Under the pieces are notes generated by a model that worked only from the letters and a program-made list of their open reading frames with translations, was not told the origin of the DNA and made no database searches. From an uncultured Elusimicrobia bacterium (GTDB lineage: Bacteria > Elusimicrobiota > Elusimicrobia > 2-01-FULL-59-12): 64,000 nucleotides of DNA. The stretch covers positions 2,272,001 through 2,336,000 of the forward strand of contig OY969767.1 of NCBI GenBank assembly GCA_963702895.1, given 5' to 3'. Positions 41,401 through 48,880 of the stretch are shown here, piece by piece. Both the position numbers and the translations under genes were made by a program. Every line of letters begins with the position of its first letter. The first letter of the stretch is position 1.

Positions 41401-41950
41401 GACTGGCGATGAGTCCCAGAACAGCTGTAGCTCCCATCAGGGCCGCGGCTGTCATGCGCTGGGCCGCGAGATGACTGGCCACAAGCGTCCCGATGAGAAT
41501 GGCGGAGAAGGTGCCGATGTTCACCCAGGCGTTGCCGAGCGAGAGTTCCGACTCTTCCATCATTTCAGGCAAGATGCCGTACTTGGCCGGCCCAAAGAAA
41601 GTCGCCTGCATCGATAGCACAAAGAGACAAAGGAGCATCATCGGAATGCTTTTTTGCCAAAGGGCGACCGCGGCGGCCGCCATGACCAGGAGTTCCCAGA
41701 CTTTGGTCGCCACGATGAGTTTGGGCTTGGGGAGACGGTCCGCCAGGCGCCCGGCGACCATGGAGAAGAGGATAAAAGGGGCGGCAAAGATCGCGGTCCC
41801 CAAGGAGACGAGCTGGCTGCGCGCATCAGGGTCTGCCACCCACTCCACGACGAGCAGGCTGATCAGGACTTTGAGAACATTGTCATTGAACGCCCCGAAG
41901 AACTGGGTGACGATCAGCGCCCAAAACGATCGATTGTTATTCTCATTCAT
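38453..41950 (-). CDS. aas: Tri-domain Aas: MFS (LplT) + PlsC acyltransferase + acyl-ACP synthetase
   Basis: NHLSLAD and FAEG (PlsC); FSSGSTGIPKG, EGYGCTE, TGD, GKLD (AMP-binding). Confidence 0.92.
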   Translation of the reverse strand: MNENNNRSFWALIVTQFFGAFNDNVLKVLISLLVVEWVADPDARSQLVSLGTAIFAAPFILFSMVAGRLADRLPKPKLIVATKVWELLVMAAAAVALWQKSIPMMLLCLFVLSMQATFFGPAKYGILPEMMEESELSLGNAWVNIGTFSAILIGTLVASHLAAQRMTAAALMGATAVLGLIASLFMRPLPAAKPQSPMVWNPLSDLVSNWALLRTDRALYLSVIAVNFFWFMGAAFQTNIFLYVKDIMKASPETTGYLIVVIAVGVGAGSYLAARLSKEKVEVGLVPVGSLGMSIFAADLFWAHASVPRTFVDFFMLGAFAGLYYIPLVSLIQWRSPAAERGRVMAMTNFLSFVAIALAALALWVFGKVFHLDSAQVFLALGVLALLETYAVCRYVPDSLLRLVLYVLTNTIYRIRVSGLNHVPVKGPALLVVNHLSLADGFLVGAALPRLVRFVMWRTYYDDPRLHWLVKTMNAIPISETDPPREILRSLMTARKALEEGHLVCIFAEGEISRTGNLLEFKRGFEVIVKGLDVPVIPVFLDRVWGSIFSFERGSVLWKKPRRIPYPVTLTFGQPIKPPVSAEDVRHAVLDLGAESFVHRMEETKSLPLEFLRRAKRHPTLMAVADSTGKKLSFGQLAAASVILARQLKKLLLQPSETPPQDVTPAEAGVQANVLDSGFRRNDDVVGTCVGIMLPPSVGGALANVAVSLLGRIAVNLNYTAGPEVLAQCIKKAEITRVLTSRKLLEKTALPAKPEMIYLEDLLATLPKWQVVLERVLLSLLPRAVLMKRWGAAANVPLSATAAILFSSGSTGIPKGVTLSHSNILSNILGLAQVFDLGKKDRILGVLPFFHSFGFTATLWFPLVHGFSAVYHTNPLDAKTVGELTHKHKATMLMATPTFLAAYIRKCAPEQFQSLRFVITGAERLREAIAKAFEEKFGKAPLEGYGCTELSPVVSANIPDVSMGEVVQVGRKPGKIGHPIPGVSVRVVDPETFQLLPQGQAGLLLVKGPNVMQGYWKDPEKTREVMRDGWYVTGDIASIDQDGFIQITDRLSRFSKIAGEMVPHVLVEEKLHAVAGRTDPTFVVTAVPDEKKGEQLVVLGAGYEGSFEDLWEKLNQSELPKLWVPAKDRFVTIESLPYLGTGKLDLAKVRFFAREHFPPPAGAKV
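39901..39965. repeat. CGTCATTCCGGCG..GCCGGAATCC REP doublet in-frame in aas
   Basis: Encodes VTPAEAGVQANVLDSGFRRND. Confidence 0.88.
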
Positions 41951-41972
41951 AGTTTCGCACTCTTACTTTCTC

Positions 41973-42083
41973 CCCTCTCCCGCGGACCGCGGGAGAGGGC
42001 GGTCGCCACACTTCTGGTGACTGGGTGAGGGCACAGCCTTGCCCTCATCCCAACCTTCTCCCGTCGCAAGCGCCGGGAGAAGG
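41973..42083. repeat. CCCTCACCC-family palindrome (opposite orientation to the 16017 copy)
   Basis: CCCTCTCCC..GGGAGAGGG...GGGTGAGGGC..GCCCTCATCCC..CCTTCTCCC..GGGAGAAGG. Confidence 0.85.
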
Positions 42084-42088
42084 AGTAT

Positions 42089-43024
42089 CTAAAGGATGAT
42101 TGCTTCCGGGCTCATGCCCGTAATTTCCAACAGCCTGTAATGCCGGTCAAACGGATTTGTCGTTTTAAGGAGTTCCCCATAACCCTTCCATTGCCCAGCC
42201 AGCAGCGCCGGATAGGCGAAGCAGGCGAGCGGATAATCGGTCCCGAAGAGCATTCGGCCGTGAAGTTCCGGATGCCGCCGGAGCCGCAGGAGCATCCCGA
42301 CGCGGTTCGGCAGGCTGAGCGCGGAAGCGTCCCAATAGAAATTCGGATAGCGTCGCACGTACTCCAACAGCGTGGGCCAATATTTCTCGTAAAAGAAGAG
42401 ACCGAAGCTCGCGCCATGCGCCGCGATCACCTTGACGCCCGCTTCCAGTGCGTTTCGAAGCCGTGCCGGATCTCCCGCCGATTGGTCTTTTCCCCACAGG
42501 CTGAATTCGTACCCCACATGACAGAGGAGCGGGATCTTACGCTGAGACATCGCTTTCCAAAACGGCACAAAGGCAGGATCGGCCGGGTCGAATTGTTTGC
42601 TGTTGGGAAGCACCTTGATGAGCGCCGCGCCGCGGTCCGCCACCCGGTGAAGTTCCTCCACCGCCCCCTGTCGGCGCGGGTTGATGGAACAGCCCGGCAA
42701 GAGTTGATCGGGGAAGCGCTTGGCGACTTCCAGCACGTAGTCATTGGGAATCAGAAAGTGGGTTTCTTTCTTGTTGAGGCGGCCGCTGGCGTCGTAAACA
42801 CCATCCATCGCCAGAACGACCGCGCGCTTCACATACTTCGCTTCCTTGAGCAGGCCCACGAGCTTCTGAATATACAGCTCGTTGGTGCGCAGAGGATCAT
42901 CCGGTGATAGCCCCATCTTCTTCAACAACGACCGGAAGAGAATGCCGTTGAGCATCTTCGGCGAGATATAACAGCCGTTCTGGCCGTCCGGCAGCGCCGC
43001 CAGATGCGAGTGGACGTCGATCAT
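42089..43024 (-). CDS. Amidohydrolase_2 family metal-dependent hydrolase
   Basis: IDVHSH, LCHVG, IAAHG, LFGTDYP. Confidence 0.88.
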   Translation of the reverse strand: MIDVHSHLAALPDGQNGCYISPKMLNGILFRSLLKKMGLSPDDPLRTNELYIQKLVGLLKEAKYVKRAVVLAMDGVYDASGRLNKKETHFLIPNDYVLEVAKRFPDQLLPGCSINPRRQGAVEELHRVADRGAALIKVLPNSKQFDPADPAFVPFWKAMSQRKIPLLCHVGYEFSLWGKDQSAGDPARLRNALEAGVKVIAAHGASFGLFFYEKYWPTLLEYVRRYPNFYWDASALSLPNRVGMLLRLRRHPELHGRMLFGTDYPLACFAYPALLAGQWKGYGELLKTTNPFDRHYRLLEITGMSPEAIIL

Positions 43025-44874
43025 AATTCCCCCTGAATAATGGCCAAGACACCCTGCGCGGCCTGGGCCATGCGCTCATAGTCGAGTTTGTCAGCGGTAT
43101 CTTGCGGCGTGTGGTAATGGGGATTCCTGTAAGAGGACGTGTCGGTGAGCATCACGGCGGGATAGCCGTGACGCCAAAAGTTGCGGTGGTCGGAGAAGTC
43201 GACACCGGGCAGAAAGGAGGGCGCCGTCAGGATGCGCACGGGAAGAGGAGACGCCTCACGCATGCGCTTCTTCAAAGCCCAGCACCGTCCGAGAGAGCCG
43301 ACCCTGCCGATCAGAGCAAGATAATTCCCCCGCGAAGGGTAGAGCGCCTTCATGATAGGGACAGGGTACTTCTGGCTTCCGGGTTCGTCGCTAAAATAGC
43401 CCAGCATTTCGAGCGACACCATCAGGCGCACCCGAACACCTTCCTTCGCCAGGCTTGCCGCATGGACAGCGCTGCCCATCTCCTCCTGGCCAAAATAGGG
43501 AGGCTCTTCCAGCGTATAGGCCACGAGATCCGTCCTTAAAGACGGAGGTCTCTCTTTGAGAAGTCTCGCGAGCTCCAGGAGCGCGGCCACCCCGCTCGCG
43601 TTATCATCAGCCCCTGGATAGGGGCCGTCCGCGTCATAGTGGGCCCCGATGATGAGCCGTTCGCCAGCCTCTGGCCCAAAGCTTGCGATCACATTCCTGT
43701 ACGGACCCTTGGCGACTTGCTGATTTCTCTGGTTCCACTCCTTGATCGTATAAGACTGTTCCGTGAGGCGCCCGCCTGACTCTTCTAGGTGACCGCGGAT
43801 GTAATCGGCCGCCCGGTCCAGGTTTTGGATGTGATCTCCGTCCCGCGGGATCATTTTTTCCGATAGGGTGCGGACATGTTCTTCGAGTCTCTCCGGGGAG
43901 GCTTCACCGCTTGTCTGTATTGCTCTCGAAGGCCCCTTCTCCCGCCCTTCGGGCGGGAGAAGGCTGGGATGAGGGCTAAATTGTGCCCTCACCCGGTCGC
44001 CCGAAGTATGGCGACCGCCCTCTCCCACGCTTCGCATGGGAGAAGGACTCTCATCGAGAGATAAAACAAACTTTCTAATCGCATCAACATAGGCCTTGCC
44101 AGTGACTTCAAAACCATCGTTGTGGCCCCCTGTAAGCTCGAATAATTTCTTTGGGCCGGGAGCCGCCGCAAAGAGCGCTTGCGCCATCCAGAATGGAACG
44201 ATTTCGTCCTGCGGGCTATGCAGGATGAGGAGTGGGGCCTTCAGACGCGGGATCTTGGCCAGATTGTCATAGCGATAGCGCACGAGCCACCGGACCGGAA
44301 GCCAGGGGTAGACGAGCTTTCCCATCGCGAGCGTGGAGGTAAACGCGCTTTCCAGGATCAGCGCGGCGGAGGGGTGCCTTACAGCCATCTCCAGCGCCAC
44401 GGCAGACCCCAGGGACTCGCCATAGAAAATGATCTTGCCCTGTGGAATCTTTTGGGTTTCGACCAGATAGCGGTAAGCGGCCTCCGCGTCCTGGTAGGTT
44501 CCCTGCTCGGTGGGCTTGCCTTCGCTCTTCCCGTATCCGCGATAGTCAAAGAGGAGAACATTCAGCCCCAGATCGTGAAACAAGCGAAGCTTGTCCAGCC
44601 GGTGACTGATATTGCCGGCGTTGCCATGGCAGAAGAGCAGGGTAAGTCCCATTTTGGATTTTGGATTTTGGATTTTGGATGGGCGGCTCGGGACAAACCA
44701 AGCATGGATTTTCGTCCCGTCGCTCGCCTTGAGCGAGAGATCCTCATACACAAGCCTATAGACGCTGGGGGTCGCCGCCATGTCGCGCTCCGGATAGTAG
44801 AGCGTCCGCGGCTCAAGAGACCTCAAGCCCAGCCACATCAAGACGAGCAGAACAACGAGAACCATGATTTTCAT
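43021..44874 (-). CDS. Fusion of alpha/beta hydrolase (ABHD/BEM46-like) and M28 peptidase-like domain
   Basis: HGNAGN, DYRGYG, GESLG, HS..DEIVP, GGHN; then GAHYD, GADDNASG, LEEPP, SDH, YH..D. Confidence 0.85.
   Translation of the reverse strand: MKIMVLVVLLVLMWLGLRSLEPRTLYYPERDMAATPSVYRLVYEDLSLKASDGTKIHAWFVPSRPSKIQNPKSKMGLTLLFCHGNAGNISHRLDKLRLFHDLGLNVLLFDYRGYGKSEGKPTEQGTYQDAEAAYRYLVETQKIPQGKIIFYGESLGSAVALEMAVRHPSAALILESAFTSTLAMGKLVYPWLPVRWLVRYRYDNLAKIPRLKAPLLILHSPQDEIVPFWMAQALFAAAPGPKKLFELTGGHNDGFEVTGKAYVDAIRKFVLSLDESPSPMRSVGEGGRHTSGDRVRAQFSPHPSLLPPEGREKGPSRAIQTSGEASPERLEEHVRTLSEKMIPRDGDHIQNLDRAADYIRGHLEESGGRLTEQSYTIKEWNQRNQQVAKGPYRNVIASFGPEAGERLIIGAHYDADGPYPGADDNASGVAALLELARLLKERPPSLRTDLVAYTLEEPPYFGQEEMGSAVHAASLAKEGVRVRLMVSLEMLGYFSDEPGSQKYPVPIMKALYPSRGNYLALIGRVGSLGRCWALKKRMREASPLPVRILTAPSFLPGVDFSDHRNFWRHGYPAVMLTDTSSYRNPHYHTPQDTADKLDYERMAQAAQGVLAIIQGEL
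43935..44046. repeat. CCCTCACCC-family palindrome forming the inter-domain linker
   Basis: Same architecture as the intergenic copy at 16017. Confidence 0.88.
44651..44678. repeat. (ATTTTGG)4 heptamer repeat in-frame
   Basis: Encodes SKIQNPKSKM. Confidence 0.9.
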
Positions 44875-45491
44875 AGAGGCCCCATCTCGCGATCATGTCT
44901 CTTGCTCAAGAAGAGCAAGGCCGCCGCTGCGCCGATCAGCGCCGTCGCCATGTCCCATTGGGTGTCCCAGGGATCGCCTTGCGTGCCGAGGAAGGAGTCG
45001 GCCTTCTCTCCCGTCCAGACTGCTGCCTGCCATTCAATGAGTTCGTAACTCGCGCTGATCGCGAGGCAAATACAGATGACCATGAAGATGAGCCAGCCTC
45101 CGCGCTGAAGCACCCCTTTGCGCAAGAGGATCTCCCGGCTGATCATGGCCGGCACAAAGCCCTGCAGGAAATGCCCCACCCGATCGTAGTAATTCCGGTC
45201 CAGGTGAAACGTGTCCCGGATCCAATTGAAGAGCGGCACCTCCGCGTAGGTGTAGTGACCGCCGACCATCAACACGATAGCGTGAAGCGCCAGCAACCAG
45301 CACACGAGACGCGAAAACCTCCAACGGGAGTAGACAATCAGCAGAATGGCCGATCCAAGAAGAACCGGAAAGACTTCCATGAGCCAAGTGAACTGGTCAT
45401 GACAGCCCACAAAAGACCAGGCCATCACAGCCCCCGCGATGAGCCAAAGCGCCAGGTGTAGCTGTCGGTCAGGATTAGGGGTCAGAATCAC
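44871..45491 (-). CDS. DUF2238 (YjdF-like) membrane protein whose original ATG was displaced by IS4
   Basis: GGHYTYAEVP, RNYYDR.GHF..G, YELIEW, FLGTQGDPWDTQWDM. Confidence 0.88.
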   Translation of the reverse strand: MILTPNPDRQLHLALWLIAGAVMAWSFVGCHDQFTWLMEVFPVLLGSAILLIVYSRWRFSRLVCWLLALHAIVLMVGGHYTYAEVPLFNWIRDTFHLDRNYYDRVGHFLQGFVPAMISREILLRKGVLQRGGWLIFMVICICLAISASYELIEWQAAVWTGEKADSFLGTQGDPWDTQWDMATALIGAAAALLFLSKRHDREMGPL

Positions 45492-46760
45492 TCGTGTCCG
45501 GTTAAAAATGCGAAATCCCCCTGGTTCGGTAGAATGATTGCGACCAAGCAAACCATTCTGTCCGAGGGAGGATTTCGCTCATGCATTCTAACACCATAAT
45601 GAACCAACTGCTTCTCCTTTTACCACGACATCAGTTCGACCAAGCCGTTTCTGGCTTCGGCGGCGACGCCTACGTTAAAAAATTCTCGACTTGGAACCAG
45701 CTCACGACACTCCTCTATGCTCAGGCCAGCGGTAAAACAAGCCTGCGTGACATCCAGACGGCTTTAGGCACGCAACAACCCAAGCTCTATCACTTGGGGC
45801 TGCCGCCAGTGAAACGTTCTACCCTGGCTGACGCTAACGCTGGGCGCGACTGGCGCATCATGGAAAAGCTCTTCTATCACCTGCTGGATCGGTGCCAAGC
45901 CATCGCGCCTAAGCATCAGTTCCGTTTTAAACACAAAGTGACCTGCTTCGATTCCACGAACATGGAACTGTGCCTGAACCTTTTCCCTTGGGCCACCTTT
46001 AAACAGGCCAAAGGAGCGATCAAACTGCATTGCCAACTGGACTTGCGTGGCCAAATCCCTTCCTTTGCCGTCATCACCGATGGAAAGTGCTTCGACCATG
46101 CCGCCAAACGTCTTTTTCCCTTAGAACCGGACAGCATCTATGTCTTCGACCGCGGCTACATGGATTACGGCTGGTACCGTCAGATCGACGATCTCGGCTC
46201 TTTCTTCGTCACCCGTGCCAAAGACAACCTCACCTGCCGCATCACCGGACAGCAAGAAATTCCCTTAAAAAACGGCCTGTTGTACGATCGCACCATTGAG
46301 CTTACAGGCCCACGCACCAAGACGAAATACAAGAAACCTTTACGACTCATCGGCTACTACGATGCCGACACCGCCATCACTTACCAGTTTATGACCAATA
46401 ACTTCAAACTGGCCGCTTTCACCATTGCCCAAATCTATAAGGCCCGTTGGCAGATCGAGCTGTTCTTCAAGTGGCTCAAGCAGCATCTCAAAATCAAAAC
46501 GTTCCTCGGCACTTCCAAAAATGCCGTCTTTACCCAAATCTGGGTGGCCTTGTGCTATTTCCTGCTCCTGGCCTACATCAAGTTCCAGACACGATTCCAG
46601 CGTTCGCTGTTCTTGCTGCACCGGTTGGTTCAGAATACCCTTCTCGACCGGCTCAGTCTCATCGATCTATTGCGTATGCCCGAAAAGAATCTTTCAAAAG
46701 TTCGAACTATGGAGCCTCAGCTATGGCTAAGCTTCGGCTAACTTTTACCGGACACCAGTG
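45489..46760 (+). mobile_element. Complete IS4-family element (1272 bp)
   Basis: TIRs CACTCGTGTCCGGTTAAAA / TTTTACCGGACACCAGTG; 9-bp target duplication GGTCAGAAT at 45480-45488 and 46761-46769. Confidence 0.92.
45581..46741 (+). CDS. IS4-family transposase (DUF4372 + DDE)
   Basis: RSTLADAN, DST, KLH, FDRGY, Y..RWQIELFFK.LKQ. Confidence 0.95.
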   Translation: MHSNTIMNQLLLLLPRHQFDQAVSGFGGDAYVKKFSTWNQLTTLLYAQASGKTSLRDIQTALGTQQPKLYHLGLPPVKRSTLADANAGRDWRIMEKLFYHLLDRCQAIAPKHQFRFKHKVTCFDSTNMELCLNLFPWATFKQAKGAIKLHCQLDLRGQIPSFAVITDGKCFDHAAKRLFPLEPDSIYVFDRGYMDYGWYRQIDDLGSFFVTRAKDNLTCRITGQQEIPLKNGLLYDRTIELTGPRTKTKYKKPLRLIGYYDADTAITYQFMTNNFKLAAFTIAQIYKARWQIELFFKWLKQHLKIKTFLGTSKNAVFTQIWVALCYFLLLAYIKFQTRFQRSLFLLHRLVQNTLLDRLSLIDLLRMPEKNLSKVRTMEPQLWLSFG

Positions 46761-46891
46761 GGTCAGAATCATAAAGATACGTTTGCGGCCTCGGCGATCG
46801 TGATGTCCATCAATATTAGGGCCCTAATATTCCTAATGGGCACTAAGTCCTACCCCCAGAGCTATGCAGAACCAATTCTCTTTGCCCTGAA

Positions 46892-48880
46892 TCATTTTTC
46901 CTCCGGCAACAGTTTGGCAATCACCATCAAAAGACCAAGGACCACCAGGCCCATCACCGCCCAGAAGGCATACTTCATGCTGCCGGAGGGGATGGGCGCT
47001 TCCCACCAGGGTTTGACCTTAAGAACTTCTTCCGCGCCCAGACTCGCTTCGAACGGTGGAGTGGCCAGCAGTTCGCCGGCGATCAGGGCCAAGTCATACT
47101 GAGGCGCCGCGACGTCGTCATTGCCATAGTAGAGATAGATTTCCTTGCCGGGTGCCGCTTTGAACAGCAGGCGGGATGTTGTGTAGTAGCCTTTGGCGCT
47201 CGTGAGATGAATGGGCGGATTGTCCCGGTTGTCCGTTTCCAAGAGCAGCTTCTTGGACATGGGGTAGCGGGATAAGGCGAAATGAAATCCCTCGTTTGAT
47301 TCTCCATGCGTTCGCACCCAAGTGGCCTGACCCAGCGGACGGTGTTGCGTATCCCCCCGCTCGTCGAGAACATCTTCATACAGCGACACCGTGCGCTGAA
47401 AAAGTGGTTCCTGAACCCTAAAACGCAGTCCATTCAAGGGCAGGTTCGCATCAGGCAGGGTCAGTGTCCATTGGCTCACGGACCCTTTGGAGGGGACGGA
47501 TTCGATCGTGACCTCGAGGTCCCGGATAAGACCCCCGTAATCCAGCACGTAAGGCAGTTGCTTCCCCTCCTGCACAATCCTTAAGGCGGACAGACGCTGG
47601 CGGTTATGCGAAAGCACCTCCAAGTCGGGCTCCACACGCTGGATGCCGGCCTGGCTCAGGGTCACCTTCTTCCGAAAGTGCCAGAGCGACAGATCGATAT
47701 CGGTCCCGTGATCACTCACTTGCGGCAGTGTCGCGGGAGCGGCATAGGAGGGGTTCATGTTCAGCGGGCCGAGCTCAGCGGACAAAAAGGCAGCGGTGGC
47801 AAGACTCTCCCGAAGGCTGGCGACATCATAATTTTTTGGAGTGGCGACTGGGTTTCCTGACCAGAGGGAGTAAACTCCCGGAGCCGGCGCATGAAACACC
47901 AGATACGTGGGAACCACTTGGCAGGTGACCTGGGTGATGGACAAAGGCCGGCTATCGCCGTTTTCGATGCGCAGGGTTAATTGCCGGCCCGGCAGCCGGT
48001 GGCCCAAGGCTATGTCGAGCCCTTCTGCAGCTTTCGCGTCCAAGGCCACGCGGTAAATATACCCTTCGCCTAAGATTATCCCCTGAAGCTCCCCGCTGGA
48101 AAACTGTTTCATGCCGGCGGTCACGCGGCGACGGAACGTTCCCTCGGGTGTTTGCAGCCGAATTGAGTCCACCGTTAAGTTGTTCGCGGGAAGCAAGAGA
48201 CGCAGTTCGGTCTGGCGCGTGTCATGGAACGTCTCGAGCACTTGGACCGTCAGCGTGGACAGGTTCCCCACCTTCTTCGGCGCGCTATAGAGCGATACGC
48301 CCTGGATCCGGATCGGTGGTGTGGCTTTGTCGTCTAAGGTGATCCGAAGGTAGGGCCAGTGGGTTCGGGCGAATTCGACCGGCGTGCTCGTGGCCCCGTC
48401 CGGTTGTCGGAAGACCGGATAGGAATTCACCAAGGTGACCCAGTGGGTTTTATCTTTGGACCCCTCCAAGGTCACGGGCTTCAGGAAATCCTGGGTCGCG
48501 GTGTGAAGATAAACCAGATCGTATCCATCCGAGGCCCAGGCGGCGGGGACCTGCCCGGTCATGACGGTTTTCCCATTCGCCATGACGATCGTCATATTGG
48601 CGAGCTGGGTCTGGCGCGCGCTTTCGATCACCGGCTGGTCCATCAGGATAGACACTTCCTGACCCGATGGATCCATCAAGCGCAGGTCGGCTCTCGATGG
48701 CTGCGCGTTGGACAGTGTTTCCAAAGGCAACTGGACTTTGATGAAGCCCTGCTGGGCGACCTGGACATCCTGCGAAAACTGCCACTCCGATGGAACCGGC
48801 ACCGCAGAAACGGCACACCTCAAGAACAATATAGATAGCACTCCCGCCTTCGCGGGGGTGACGGTGAAATATTTAATCAC
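46892..48880 (-). CDS. DUF3999-like exported protein with C-terminal TM anchor
   Basis: Two internal repeats ending Y..Y.GN...P.YD; C-terminal FWAVMGLVVLGLL; follows DUF2339; GTG start inferred; REP half-site at 48841-48863. Confidence 0.7.
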   Translation of the reverse strand: MIKYFTVTPAKAGVLSILFLRCAVSAVPVPSEWQFSQDVQVAQQGFIKVQLPLETLSNAQPSRADLRLMDPSGQEVSILMDQPVIESARQTQLANMTIVMANGKTVMTGQVPAAWASDGYDLVYLHTATQDFLKPVTLEGSKDKTHWVTLVNSYPVFRQPDGATSTPVEFARTHWPYLRITLDDKATPPIRIQGVSLYSAPKKVGNLSTLTVQVLETFHDTRQTELRLLLPANNLTVDSIRLQTPEGTFRRRVTAGMKQFSSGELQGIILGEGYIYRVALDAKAAEGLDIALGHRLPGRQLTLRIENGDSRPLSITQVTCQVVPTYLVFHAPAPGVYSLWSGNPVATPKNYDVASLRESLATAAFLSAELGPLNMNPSYAAPATLPQVSDHGTDIDLSLWHFRKKVTLSQAGIQRVEPDLEVLSHNRQRLSALRIVQEGKQLPYVLDYGGLIRDLEVTIESVPSKGSVSQWTLTLPDANLPLNGLRFRVQEPLFQRTVSLYEDVLDERGDTQHRPLGQATWVRTHGESNEGFHFALSRYPMSKKLLLETDNRDNPPIHLTSAKGYYTTSRLLFKAAPGKEIYLYYGNDDVAAPQYDLALIAGELLATPPFEASLGAEEVLKVKPWWEAPIPSGSMKYAFWAVMGLVVLGLLMVIAKLLPEEK

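Noticed and set aside
45492..45551. ORF-track N-terminus of the DUF2238 gene (MLGRNHSTEPGG...)
   Set aside because: Lies inside the IS4 left end; not part of the native protein
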